Source: Blepharisma stoltei ATCC 30299 (Eukaryota; Protista; Ciliophora). From it: a DNA stretch of 64,000 nt. The stretch lies in contig CBFDEM010000062.1 in assembly GCA_965603825.1 (NCBI GenBank), positions 248,001 through 312,000 of the forward strand, read 5' to 3'. Under the pieces are notes generated by a model. It saw only the letters and a list, made by a program, of their open reading frames with translations. It had not been told where the DNA came from and did no database searches. Of the stretch, positions 25,848-38,701 are shown piece by piece; the first letter of the stretch is position 1, and the number at the start of each line of letters is the position of its first letter. A program made the translations under genes and the position numbers.

Positions 25848-28094
25848 TTACTTACCCATTAAGATAGCCTCAGCTCCTGGAAGTTCGTGAATCAGTTTTA
25901 CAACGTTAGGGTCCCATAGTCCAAATCGGTCAGTCCCGCTGACTGTGACTTTGCTTCTTCTGCTTTGTTGAAGCTCATTAACTTTATTGCAGATCACGAT
26001 CCAGCAGCCTGTGCAAGATTCTCTTAAAATGGCTTGGTCTTCTAAAGGCTCGCCGTCTTGCATTGGTGTCACTTTAAATAAAGGTTTTACTCCGCCATCA
26101 AGGATTTCGCAGAGATATTGCATTCTTTCTTTAGCTTTAAACATACTGGAGTGCTCTCTGATGCTTTTAAAGCCGATTGGAAAGATATTTCTACCTGAGT
26201 GGTAAGCAGGTCTGTCAGCATCAATTAGTCCTAGATTGAGAATGGTCAGACTGTTGTTTATCACTATTGGATAAATGACTTCTCCTTCTTCATCTTTAGG
26301 TATTATAAACTTGGAAAGCTTGATTTTCTTGGTTGGGGCTTGGATTTGGCCGTTTTCATCAAACGTAAGCTCTTCTGGAGCTCGTTTCTTCTTGGATTTC
26401 TGTAGGTTGCTGATTGATCTGAAAAACTCACATAAATATTGCAGCCTCCCTTCTGCTTCTTCATAATTAATATTAATCCCCGCGAATCCATAATCAGGGT
26501 TTTCAGAGAGATTATGCAAGAAGGTAAGACCATTGTCTGCGACAGCATTTAGCAGCCCTCTATCATGGATATCGCATTTCCAATCCTCAGTAAGCCACGT
26601 CTCTGATCCTTCTTTAACAATTTTTTCTGTCGCTTTTTCTAATGCTGGCAGTTCAGTATTGAAAAATTCGCTGCCATTTTTGAGTATATGCTTTCTAATA
26701 AACTGTAGTTTATTCAAGCTGTTCTGTAAAGCTTCAGCATCTTCAATTGACATTGTATATCCATCTGCATCTTTGACTTCGGTTTCCCCTTCTTCTGGGT
26801 GCATAACATGTTGGGCTAGCATTCTTAGATGTTGGACCATTCTTTCTAAGCTATTAGTAGCTTTGTCATTCCCAGGCAGCAGAGAATCAAGCTTCTCTTT
26901 AAATTGGCTTCAGTCATTTTTTCCTTCTAAATTCAATGGAACTCCAAAGTCAGAAATCAAAGAAAGCAAAGCTCTTTTTTCTTCTGCTGACCAGTCAGTT
27001 GGCTCGAAAAGCTGCTGCTCTTTGTCAAACTCGAACTCTTCAATTTTGTCAATTGAAATCATGAGCTTCTTTAGCCTGCGAGTAATTGTGTCGGCGCTTG
27101 GAAATTCTTTGAAGCTTAAATCTGTATCAATATTGCTGAAACTTAAATTTTTGTCATTTCTCATCTGGTTATAATTTGCATACCCATGCTTATGGGTCCC
27201 TCTGATAAGGTCTATATCATGCCTTCTTGTCCATCACGCTGAAGGTCTTTGTCCATAAAAAGCTCCTGATGGCATAAAATTCAGCAAATTCCCCCACTTA
27301 AGTGTCTCATTTTTATTATTTTCTTTGAATTTTTTAATCAGAAATTTGATCCTCCACAGCATATAAAGTCTTTTTCCCCATGGCACAGCTCTTTGTCTTA
27401 CCATCATTCCCCAATCCTTTATCCTGGGTGGGATATAAAAATCGTCTTCAGTCTCTTCTATCATATTTGCCAAAGACTTTTTAAGCTCGTGTTTTTCCAT
27501 TGGGAGATTCTCTACAATAGTTCTGACAAGAGATGTGGCAAATGACCTAATTTCTGGAATAGATTTTGAGGTAAAAGCTCCACCTTCGCTCATGGCTTCT
27601 TGGAGCTTTTTTCATCTTCCATAGCCATAAGTGAGCAGCCATTTCTTTAAATTTTCCCGGTCATTAATCCCCCATTTCTTTATTAAGCTGGAATCTGCTT
27701 GACGGGAAGGGAAGGAGTCAATAGGCATCAGCTCTTCATTGTCGGGGATCGGAGCTAGACCTGGTGGCTCTAGAACAATAGAGGAAAATACAGGCAAAAT
27801 GAAGTAGAAAATGTGTGGGGAGTGGATGTCGCAGGGGATTGATATGCAGCTTAGGTCTTTTAATTCAACTGAAGGGTCTTCGTCGGTGAGAGTTCCTGAT
27901 TGGACTAAAAGAGTTGGGGCTTTTGCTTTGAGCTGAAAGTGGTTGTTTGAATAAAAAATTGAGCAGTGAAGTGGCTGCACGTTTTTACAGTTTATTGACA
28001 AGTGGGAGCTGGAATGAGAACCTATGTTGAAAGGAAGTGTGCATATGTAACAATCAGGGCCATTCAGTACTTGAAGCTTGGCATACGCAGACAT
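25848..28094 (-). CDS. Degenerate FHA + CHD6-9-type SANT/SLIDE region + FYRN/FYRC protein, no ATPase (about 748 aa)
   Basis: Four in-frame ORFs joined by TGA; 'LLTYGYGRW', 'WWTRRHDIDLIRGTHKHGYANY', 'WSAEEKRALLSLISDFGV', 'HDRGLL'; FYR motifs 'YHS..NIFPIGF', 'YLCEILDGG..PLF', 'VSGTDRFG'. Confidence 0.8.
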
Positions 28095-28431
28095 TTTTGT
28101 TTATTGCGTTTCCTTAATTTTCATATTTATATTTATCATTTCCTAGTCTTGCTGCTAAGAGCATTATATTGTATAAATCTGTTTTATATGATGTCTTGCC
28201 TAACTATTATGAATTTTTTATTTCTTAGGCAGATAAAATTTCCTTATTAATTAAAGCATATTTTATTTATAATTTATAAGAGGTATTATTTATATATAAA
28301 GTTTAAATTTCAAAATGCGTTTTCTGTTAAAATAACTTTTCGCATCATATAAATAATTTCAAAGTGTTTAGCCTTTTCGAATTGATAGACTCATTAATTC
28401 AATTATTTTATTATGGCTAAGATATAATTAA

Positions 28432-29919
28432 ATGAATAAAAACCTTATCATCCCATCTGCATTTTCTCAGGGTCAAATGCAGCAAGTACCTCCATCTCCA
28501 GGGTATTTTATCAATGAAAGAGACGTACTATTTAATTAGAAACGAATTTTGAAAGACAAGCTTGATTTAGTTTCAGATCTTATTAGCAAAACATCGCCTA
28601 AAGATGCGTCTAATTCAATAACACGTCAGCTTCTGCTGCAAGAATACAATAGAATCCAATCAGAGCTTATATCTGGACCTAAATCTTATATAGAATCCCA
28701 ACAAAAGTTCAAGCATAGAGTAGAAGTTGCGTCATTACCTTTCTCATCACCAGCCCCATTTACCCTTTTAGAGTTAAACGAACGCAAAACTGACCCAACG
28801 ATCCCAAACCCCCCAGACTGCATTCATTATGACAGAGAATGCACAGGCAGGGTGAATCCTACTACATGGGTAAGGCCTGCAAACCCTTCTTGGAAATCTC
28901 ATCGAGATGCTTATAGCGAGCCAAACCGATCAATGTGAGATGCTCTTATGTATGAAGAGAAAGACCCATTTAAACCTGAAAAACAATATACAGAACCTGC
29001 TTATAGCCCTATGAAGCAGAGTTTTGATCACCAAATGTCTAGGCTTTCTGATTTTTCAATCAGTTCGAGGCTGAAATCGTCAAAAAAGAAAAGAATAAAA
29101 AGAGAATCTAATGAGAGAAAATCAAATAGAGAAGAAAGACGAACAAGCTTATCAAACTACTCAAGGCAAAGTATTGAACCTTCTTTTGTAAGCCAAGGGC
29201 AACAGCCTCGCCAACAAAACCCAAATTTTCCAAACTTTCCTCAGCCAGGTCAACAGCCAATTATTATACAGATGCCTCCTTATCCTATAATGCCACAGCC
29301 GATTTATGCTGCCCCTCCAGTCTATACTCCTCCTCCCCAACAATCTCAGCCAGCTCAAGTAACAATTAACGTTAACCATGATTATGCACAGCAGCTTCAG
29401 AAATCGCCTAAGCATACATTAGAAACAAGTATTCAATGTAATGAGAGCATTCTAAATAGTCCTCCTGCAGAAATAAACCCTATAATTGAGGAAATAATTG
29501 ATCCGCCAGAAGAATTAAATAAGGAAGAGGCCAGTGTTGAAGCAACCTCTCAAAACGAAGAAGAAAAGAAATCCGAAGAAACCATAATTCTTGATCCTTG
29601 GGCCACTCAAATTGGAGGTAGCAGGAAAAAGCTTTACGAGCTTTTCCTTGAGAGAAAAGCTGACCTTGCTCATAAGATGGAAATCAGAGATAAAGGGATG
29701 CATAACTTTTTACATAAATCAGTAAAAATCAACGAGCTTATGAAAGTTAGGCAGGACATGGTAAAAGGAAAAACGTCTGTTGATGAATACCTTCAATCTC
29801 CAAACCATCAAGCAAAATTAACACCTAGGCAAACAGAATTAGCACTTCCCCGCAAGATAGAAAAAGAAGAGCGCAGCATTCAGATAAAGCAAAAAAACAT
29901 GCAAATTAAGAAGAAATAA
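28432..29919 (+). CDS. Hypothetical Pro/Gln-rich protein, one 15-nt intron
   Basis: ATG at 28432 in frame after removing intron 28525-28539; TGA at 28936; ends in TAA. Confidence 0.7.
28525..28539 (+). other. 15-nt intron GTACTATTTAATTAG
   Basis: Removes an in-frame TAG; fits the consensus with A at position 10. Confidence 0.75.
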
Positions 29920-29942
29920 TTAATGTATATCCTAATTTATAC

Positions 29943-31742
29943 CTATTTTTCATCTTCTGAGTATTCAAGATCATCAATAGCCCCTTCCTGATATTTATCT
30001 TTATTTTCCAAGATTTCATTTTCCATTATTTTTTCTTCTTCATTTTCTAAGCTCTTTTCATCAAGTGCTTCGCTGTGTTCTTCCATTGTAATATCATTAA
30101 TATCGACGCTTTCTTGATCCTTTTTAAACCTTCTTCCTTCTACAACATCATAATATCTCTTCAGCATGTCTTTGACTCTCTTAATATGCCCTGGATCCTG
30201 GTCAATTCCTAGCAACTCCGTGATTTTCTTTTCAAGGCCCCTGAATAAGCTGGTGACTCCAAATTCTCCACAATTCATAAGAGCATGCCCAACAATTATG
30301 ATTTCCTTAAGCTCCAGCTCTTGAATATAAGGTCTAATTTTACGTCCAAGCCCTTTAATAAGCTTCACAACCGGCTCTTCTGTCACCTTTGCTTTTCGTG
30401 AATGTCCGAAGACTAGCATGGCCTCTATAATTGACCGTTTGTTGACCTCATGCATTCTGTTATTATACATTAACTCTGCACAAAGCCTAAAACAGTTAGA
30501 AAACTCATATCGGTCAGCATTTGTCAATTTTAAGTACCGTAGGGTTCAGACTGCAGCACTGAGTGGAAGAGGATTAGAAGGGATCGTGCGGTCTTTATAG
30601 CCGAAGTATAAGGAATGTCCTTGAACTGGGATTGTAAATGTTTGGACATCAGCTAAAGGGTTTCTATTAGGAATCATAGGGACTTGTTTAACAATTTCAG
30701 AAAATCGCTGCATAATTCCATCAGCAATATTCATATCATATACTTGCAGTAAAGCAAACCCTTTTGAGGCATAAGCTAAATTCATGCTATTTAGCTTTGG
30801 TAAATACTGCAAAAACCTTTCTTTGAGCTTTTCTTTAAAGACATTAATAAACTTCGGAGGATTGTCTTTGTAAATTTTTCCAATTGCCCATATTGTGTCG
30901 CATACTTCTTTAGAGCCTAAAACACTTACATCAATTCCTTGGACAAGATGATACATTCTTGGATCTCTTAATCCTTCAGCCTTCAATTTTGCTATTTGTT
31001 GGACCATTAAAACCCTTACAGAAGAGTCATAAGTTTCGCTCGGCTTTGTATATTCAGCCATTTGGAGTGCTTGTTCAAGCTCTCGTAAGTTATATACAAC
31101 ATAATTCTTTAATTCCTGCTTGCTTAACTCGTTATAAGTCGGATATTTGCCTGTGCCAGTTCGAAGATCGACAATTCCTCTAGAAGAAATAAGGCTTCTC
31201 TCAGGCATCTGTGTGGTTATTTCTGTTGACTCTTCACCATTAAGGATTTGGTCCACAGTAGGTAATTCAGGGAACTTCACAATCTTTTCTGCAAGTGCTT
31301 TCCTCCTTTTCATCTCATTTTCCAGCCTTATGTTTTTTTCAAACTCTTTGGCTTCTTCGACAAGCAGCACATTTCTTTTGGATTCAATACTTTTATCGTT
31401 TAAAAATAAATTAGACTCCAAGTATTCTCTGTGTTGCTCACTTGCAGGGTTGATAATTTCTTGGATAAAATATTTCCTCAATGGTTTTTCTATCGCCGGA
31501 TCATTTGGGGATATAACTTCAGGGATCTTATAAAATGCTTTTATTTCTGCTTTTGAGGCTTTAGCTAAATCGGCTAGAGGAACATGTGGAAATTGATTTT
31601 TTAGTGCTTTAATAGACTTGCGCAGAGCCTCACGAATTTGGTAGTTATTTCTTATATTTTGGCGTAGTTCATTAGGGATCTTTGCCTGTCTCTGCTTCTT
31701 AGCATTATAAAGGGTCACAAAGAACCGAGATGATATTTTCAT
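29943..31742 (-). CDS. Probable mitochondrial helical-repeat protein (about 599 aa)
   Basis: Two ORFs joined by TGA at 30546; presequence-like MKISSRFF; helical-repeat-like segments ('VCDTIWAIGK', 'LAYASKGFALL'). Confidence 0.65.
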
Positions 31743-31770
31743 GTGTAGGGATTATTATTATGGCTTGTAA

Positions 31771-32424
31771 ATGAATTTTCTTTTTTATTTGGCTATTTTA
31801 TTAGTTTACTTATCTTCTGGAGAAATTCTGCCTTCATTAGCCAAGAAACTAAAGCAAAAACAGTCAAGTCCTCTTTTAGAACTCATAGACAAAGAAGTGC
31901 ATAACATTTTGGAGAAAAGCAAAGATGAGTGGCTGGTTCTTTTTTATGACTCTGATTTTCCTGCTTCAAATATACTGATTAATGCTTGGAAAAGAATGGC
32001 TATAATGCTAGAAAACGAAGATTATCTGATAAACATTGGAACGGTAGACCTAAGGCAGAATAATACATCTGCCTTTTCTAGGCTGAAACTTTATAGGTTT
32101 CCTTGTGCGATCGTAATTAAAGGAGGTTTCTACTATAACTACACTGGGACACTTGATTACTACTCTATTATGAATTTAGTTAAAAATCAAACGTATTATT
32201 CATATACTCAAATACCTGTACCTCCACCTTTTGGGTATATAGATTTAGCCAAACTTTTTGTGAAAGCGCTAACCTCTGACAATTTTGAAACCAGGATGTA
32301 TTTATTAGCGCTAGGAGCCATCATTATTTTTTCAATCCTTGTTTGGTGTCGTTGTTTATTCTATAGAACTAAAGAAGAAGAGGAAGAAGAGCTAAAAGAG
32401 CTGAAAGACTTAAAAGAGGATTAA
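31771..32424 (+). CDS. TMX-like membrane thioredoxin-fold protein lacking CxxC
   Basis: Signal peptide, 'EWLVLFY', 'IGTVD', 'FP', 'YTG', C-terminal TM segment. Confidence 0.75.
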   Translation: MNFLFYLAILLVYLSSGEILPSLAKKLKQKQSSPLLELIDKEVHNILEKSKDEWLVLFYDSDFPASNILINAWKRMAIMLENEDYLINIGTVDLRQNNTSAFSRLKLYRFPCAIVIKGGFYYNYTGTLDYYSIMNLVKNQTYYSYTQIPVPPPFGYIDLAKLFVKALTSDNFETRMYLLALGAIIIFSILVWCRCLFYRTKEEEEEELKELKDLKED

Positions 32425-32483
32425 TTAGCATAATTTTGAGTTAATAAAACATAATATCTGGCTTCAAGAATGGCTGATAAAAA

Positions 32484-33665
32484 TTAGCCAAAAAATCTTT
32501 GAATGAGTCTATTTATTGTATCGACCCACACTTCAGCCTCTTCGTCTTCAAAAATGTATGGTCTTTCAGTAGTTGTAATAAGAAATTTATTTCTTCCATG
32601 CACCTCGCTTCGGGTCTCTGCATTTAGAGCCAATTCTCCTCTTTTAAATTCACCATTTGGCTCATAATAAGCAATGCTCGGTTGTTCAGTTATAACGAGG
32701 AGCCTTTTTCTAAAAATTCAGCCAGCTTTTTTCTTAACAATGCCACTTTTGATAATATTTGTGCTGTGATCGAGAGGATGCTCAACTACTTCTTGGATAG
32801 TTGGACATGATAAAGAATACACATTATCAATGTCAATTCCTCTAAAAAAAGCATGTGATTTTACCTCACTTATATCATTAAATCCAAGCCTATTCTCTGG
32901 CTGGGTTTGAAGTATCCTTCTAATCAAATCAACAGCTTGTGGAGTCATATGGTCAGGATATACCACATTTCCAGCTCGAATTCTTTCAAAAGTCAAATAT
33001 TGATTTTCTGAGGAAAACGGCGGCCTTCCTACATACATTTGATACAAAATGCATGCAAAGGCTCATAAATCACAAGCAAAAGACACAGGCCCTTCATCAA
33101 GCATTTCAGGGGATACGTAGTCAGCTGTCCCTACAAAAGTGTTGCTCCTTCCTCTTGTGTCATCATCATAGATCTTCGCACTTCCGAAATCTGTTAATTT
33201 GAGATGGTGGTCAGACGAAATCAAAATATTTTGAGGTTTCATGTCTCTGTGAATGATATTTTTTGACCTCATGAATTCAAGAATATTGACAAGCTCAGCA
33301 GCATAAAATCTTGCAAGCTCATAAGGAAGTGATTGAGCATACCTTTCAATGCATTGGTTTAGATCTCCATAGGGGCAGTATTCCATAACAAAATATAAAT
33401 AATTTTTGTCTTGGAAAGTGTAGTTAAGCTTGACTACACCTGGGTGGAGGCGACTTTTAGTCAGCATGTCTTTTTCTCTCATGGCTTGCTCTGTTTTACC
33501 TTCTTTTTTGAGATGGATTTTTTCAATAGTTTTAATTGCGTATTCTTTGTTTGTGTCTTTTTTTCTTACGTGCTCCACTAATCCAAATGCTCCATGGCCA
33601 AGAGTTCCGATAGTTTCAAAGTCTTCTCTAGTAATTTTTGCTTTTTGCTGAGAATTTGAGTCCAT
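32484..33665 (-). CDS. PDK1: PDK1-like AGC kinase with C-terminal PH domain (about 393 aa)
   Basis: HRDMKPQN, DFGSAK, 'RSNTFVGTADYVSPE', ACDL[TGA=W]ALA; PH domain 'SGIVKKKAG[W]IFRKRLLVITEQP..YY'. Confidence 0.9.
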
Positions 33666-33730
33666 TTTTTATAATTTTTATGTCTATAATTTAAATTAAT
33701 ATTTTACAAATTCTCATTTTTCAACCAATT

Positions 33731-35368
33731 TTACCTCTGCTGGCTTGTATCAAGATTAATATCTTTAAGCATCTTTTGGATTCTCCCCTTAACTTGCTTA
33801 AGCTCTTCATTAACTTTAGATCTCTTCTGAATTACCGATTCAAGATTTGGCCTTTCTTCGACTTTGGGTTTATTTATTGTCTTAAAATGATTTTCAGAAA
33901 AATGATTTGATAAAGCTGAAGAAGACGAAGAAGGTTTGTCATTGGATTTATTTCGAATATATGATGAGTCATTAATCCCAGAATAAAAACGTTCTTGTGG
34001 TTGCTTTTGGTTGGAGAGGTCAATAATTGAATCATCCATACTTGTTTGTAAATAGTTATAACTTGAGGGATCAAGTGGATAGCTTCGCTGATTAAAGCCA
34101 GATTTTGAGTTATAAAGGTGAGGACTTGCATCGGAGCTTAAATTAGGGTCAATACTTTCTGCCTGATTTTGCTTGAAAGTAGGGAAATCAAGATTTGAGA
34201 GCGCTTTAAATGAATCTTTCCTTGGGTTTTCTGTTCTGAAGCTTTCTTTAGATGCAATTGAACGATTATCACTAATTTCTTGATCAGGGAGGACTCGGAT
34301 GGATGGGCCAAAATCATAGGTTGGCAAACTTTGAATACGCCCAGAATTTTCAATTGTAAAATCTGAGTTTTTTAGAAGATTTCCAAAATTTGATGAATTT
34401 TCGCCTCGCCGTGCTCCATAAATGTCGTTTTGATCGTGCTTATTTAATATATAAGCTGCAGCCATTAGCCCTGCTTTATTTTTTCTAGCCGCTGACACAT
34501 CTCCACCATTTCTCAATTTATCTAGATCTTCCATAATTTTTTTCCTATCATTTTCCAGCATCTCTTTCCTTCTCCTTATATATGCAATATCTTCCCCTTT
34601 ATTTCTATACAAACTGATCTCATCAAGTTTCAATTGTTTGTAATTTTCTTTTATGTCCCTCGTCCTGGTAATTAAATCACTGGATTGAAACTCAGGATCA
34701 TTTTCAAGCTTCTCTGCCTTTTCTTGTAGGCTTGATATATCTCTTTTCAAAACGGCTTCTTTATCTAGGATTTTCTGTTTTTCTTCCAAAATCTTCTGGA
34801 TTTCAGCCTTTTTTATTGCTTCAAGAGCTTCTGCCCTTCTTTTTTCCAGTTCCCTTAACGCTTTTTCTATCTCATCTTTCTCATTAATAGCAGCTCTTTC
34901 TTTTTCTTTCCGATTGTCTACTTCTTTTAGTAAATGCTCAATTGTCCCTTCATTTTGTTTTCTTTGAATATTAGCTTTTTGCCTTTCAATATTAATATTA
35001 TTTAGCTCATCCCTGATCATTTTCTGATGCGAATTTTCATATTCTTTATTATACCTCAGAAATTTATCTTCTATATGTTTTATGCTTGCTCTTGCATCAT
35101 ACATCTCAGTCCCTTTAATTTGTGCATCAATCTCAGGTATCCTTTGATACTGCACAAAACGATCAACATCATTTAATGTAAGAGTTTCTTGATAATATCT
35201 ATTTTGCGCTGATTGGTTATCCGATGCTTCCAGTTTCTTATAGAGACTAGGAAGAGTTCCATACTCTGACTCCTTGCAGAAATTTTGTTTATGATTATCA
35301 AATTCTCTTTGAGTTTCAAATTTCATCCTGCAGCTTCTGCATTCCAATAATAGAAAATTCGTGTCCAT
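33731..35368 (-). CDS. Coiled-coil protein with N-terminal C2HC Zn finger (CCDC17-like N-terminus)
   Basis: 545-aa ORF; 'CRSCRMKF....FDNHKQNFC'; long coiled coil. Confidence 0.65.
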   Translation of the reverse strand: MDTNFLLLECRSCRMKFETQREFDNHKQNFCKESEYGTLPSLYKKLEASDNQSAQNRYYQETLTLNDVDRFVQYQRIPEIDAQIKGTEMYDARASIKHIEDKFLRYNKEYENSHQKMIRDELNNINIERQKANIQRKQNEGTIEHLLKEVDNRKEKERAAINEKDEIEKALRELEKRRAEALEAIKKAEIQKILEEKQKILDKEAVLKRDISSLQEKAEKLENDPEFQSSDLITRTRDIKENYKQLKLDEISLYRNKGEDIAYIRRRKEMLENDRKKIMEDLDKLRNGGDVSAARKNKAGLMAAAYILNKHDQNDIYGARRGENSSNFGNLLKNSDFTIENSGRIQSLPTYDFGPSIRVLPDQEISDNRSIASKESFRTENPRKDSFKALSNLDFPTFKQNQAESIDPNLSSDASPHLYNSKSGFNQRSYPLDPSSYNYLQTSMDDSIIDLSNQKQPQERFYSGINDSSYIRNKSNDKPSSSSSALSNHFSENHFKTINKPKVEERPNLESVIQKRSKVNEELKQVKGRIQKMLKDINLDTSQQR

Positions 35369-35407
35369 GTGACAATTCTTGACCTTTTTAATATTTCTAA
35401 ATATAAA

Positions 35408-38400
35408 ATGAATTCAAACCAAGATCCCAAAGTGAATGCGATCTTAGAATGCATTGCTTCAGGAGACTTAAGGAAAGCAATGAAAAAAGTAAACAGCCAA
35501 ATCCAAAACAACGAACTTTCCAAGTTTTATGCACTTAAAGCACTTGTATATCAAAAACTAAAAAAGGTCCCTGAATGCATGGAAATTGTAAAAAGGCTTC
35601 AAACTACTTCTCCAGATGATATTGATTCAATTGAGATACTAATAGTCATTTTCAAGAATCTTAAAAAGCTTGACGAAGTTACTGAACTTTATGAAGAAGC
35701 TTATGAAAAATTCCCATCTGAAGATAGAGGGAAAAATCTTTATCAGGCTTATTCAAGTCAATTTAAGTTTGGAGAACAGTCAAAGATTGCCTTGAAGCTG
35801 CACAAGTATCATGGAAACGTTGAGTATGCAGAATGGGGCGCCTTTTCAATGCTGCTATTAGCAGATACAGATTCCAGGCAAGTCGGAATGGTAGAAATAG
35901 CTGACCTTCTTTTCCAAAAAATAAAGAGAAGAGATGGATTTGCTTATACCCCTACATTTTTTAGGCTTGATATTGCTATCCATGAAAGGCTTAAAGCCTT
36001 TTCTGAAGCTATTCATTTATTAAATCAGCATATTGATATAATCTCAGACTATGTCGAACGTACATCATTGATTGCGAAATTCTATAGGCTAAGAGGAGAG
36101 CATATACATACACTAAATTTATACCATTCAATATTATCTCTTAATCAGTCAGAGACAACAGCAAGAGACTTATGGCAGATTTCTATAGATTATATTGATA
36201 CCATTTTTGAAATCGTTAAACTGTCCTGTGAAGGAACCACAAGGTTTAGCCAACTCGGGCCATTTGATCCAACATCAGTAGTAATCAAAGCAGTAGATAC
36301 AGGGACAAAGCATAATATATGGAAGCCTCTTACTGGGACTGAATCTCTTGTAGGCATTATTATTGCTTCATTAGCTAATATCCGAGCAGCTAGAGATTTA
36401 ATACAAGGAAGAGGAGCACTTATAGATTTAATCAAAAGGCAGTCTTATCTTCTGGAAATGGAGTTCAAAAGGAGACTTATTTTTTGGAATTTTTCTCAAG
36501 GTGCTGAAGAATACAAAGATGAAGCTGAGCCTGGAGGTATTTTTATGCCTTTGATTTTAAGATATATAAGTTTGTATTATGAAATCCCAACCACGCCAGA
36601 CGAAATGACTCCATTTCTCTACCATTTAAATGCTACACAACTAATCCCTTTCAAAGATAAAATTCAAGCGTTTCTTGACAAAACGCTGGATCTGAATACA
36701 AATAAAATAAAATGCTTAAAATGTACTATTTGTTGTGTGAAAATATTGAGGCTGGTAGGCTGCTATTCACCACCTGTTATTAAAACTGCTGGAAATATGT
36801 GGGAAGCAGCTGGATTTCTAATCAGAAAATACCTGGAATATGTTGAGTATGAGCCAAATCCTAAAAAAAACGAAATAAGACTATCTGATGACTTATTGCT
36901 GCTAGCAGTTGAAGTATTGCTTCAGAGCATCCCAGAGGTAACTGAAAATACTGTGGACTATAATACAATTTCAACTAACGAAGAACCATTTCCAAGCTTC
37001 AGCCATAGAATTTTCTTTTGCATAGGAGTGCTTGAATATGGAATGCATAGAAGCCCCTATAATAAAACCTTCAAATTCAAACTGATGGCTCTCTATGAAA
37101 AAATTAAAAATTACATTGCAGTTGCTAAAATCTACAACTCGCTTGAAGTAAAAGATGAGCAAGTAGAGACTCAGTCATATATTTACTATAGAATGCTTAT
37201 AGAATCTCCTATTCATATCAAAGAGCTTCAAGAGCTCAGCAAAAACATTTCCCACTACCACAAAACAGCTAACTATGAGCTCTTGCCATATATTCATAGA
37301 GCTTACTCCAAGTATTCTATTGAAGAAGTAAAATCTTTATTTGATAAAAAGGTCACAATTGAGAACTCATATTTCAAAACTATAGCACAGTTTATTACAG
37401 CTTACACTGGGATATTTAAAACTCTTCTAGTGCCCGGACAATACTTCGCAAAATATTTGCGTGAGAATTTAGCTTTATTTAATAAGACGTCTACACTTTC
37501 TGACATTTCTGAGTTTTCTCAAACAGCTGATATGGTTCCTCTATATGATATTGGAGTTATAAAAATAAAGCCGATAAGAGATATTAAAGCAAAAATACCA
37601 TACCAGCCTGAAGCCTTAAAAGAAGACCCCTTCAAGCATCGAAAGCTGTCTCCTGATAGTGCATATGGCTTATATCTAGATAACAGAATTATTCATATTC
37701 ATTCAATGAAATTGAAACTAATTCTTGATATTGTTGAACAAAATATCCCAGGTATAGAAAGTGGGCTAAGAGCTTTAAATTCTGTTCTAAGCCAGCTCGA
37801 TCTTCTTTCTAAACCTGCACTAAAAAAGGCTATTAATTGAAGACCAGGCTCAAGTGCAGCATTTGATGAAGCAGTTCCTGATAAACCATTCACAGGAAAA
37901 TTTGAATCTGAAGCAGAATTTATTAACCATAAAAAGTTACTGGATTCAAAAATCTGAAAATTTTTACTGATGATTTTTGAAGGAGCGTTTCGGCTTATTT
38001 GTGCACATCCATCAGATAATTATTCAAGGACAAGATCTCCGACTTCTAGAGAAAATAATGAATACGCTGAGCAAGATTTTACATATAAATTGACAGCATT
38101 TCCCCACGTCTCAAGACACGCTGAAGTTTTAAATTTGATGCTGAAAGATATTGAATCTTTGATAATCCCAAAAGAAGATTATTTAAAAAAATTAAAATTG
38201 GGACTCTCCAAGATATCTTCTTCCCTTGATGCCGATGTAGGGAATGAAGATAATGCTGAAAATGATGACATTATGCACCCTGGAATGATTTATATTATAA
38301 ATGATGTGCTACATGGGCCACTTTTAACGGTTAAAATGCTTATGCCTTCATTAATCTCAACTCTTCCATCAAAGCAGCTCCCGAATGATCCACATCCAGA

Positions 38401-38683
38401 TTTAAACCATGTTTTAAATATTCATAAATGTATAGAGCAGCTCGGAACTGAAACAAATGCCTTGCTTTCTAAAATAAAAGATTATCTTGATCAGCAGACC
38501 CGAATGTCATATTGGGAGCAGCTTGGCAATACATATTTATCTACTACAGGTTTTCAGCAGTATACATCTATGCTACCACCTGACACATTTCGCAAAATAC
38601 TTCAAAATATTTCTACTAATCACCTTGAAGAGCTAAAAACAACCATTGAGTTCATATCTTTATTAGAAAATATTCCTAATTAA
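35408..38683 (+). CDS. NAA25: NatB auxiliary subunit NAA25/MDM20-like (about 1091 aa)
   Basis: TPR-like N-terminus 'ALKALVYQKL', 'LEYGMHRSPYNKTFKFKLMALY', 'LEVKDEQVETQSY'; ORFs joined by TGAs at 37838 and 37955. Confidence 0.75.
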
Positions 38684-38701
38684 CTTTTATATAACTCTTA
38701 T

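Noticed and set aside
26533-27174. 213-aa antisense ORF and the many other short antisense ORFs in the track
   Set aside because: Shadows of real genes on the opposite strand with no recognisable motifs.
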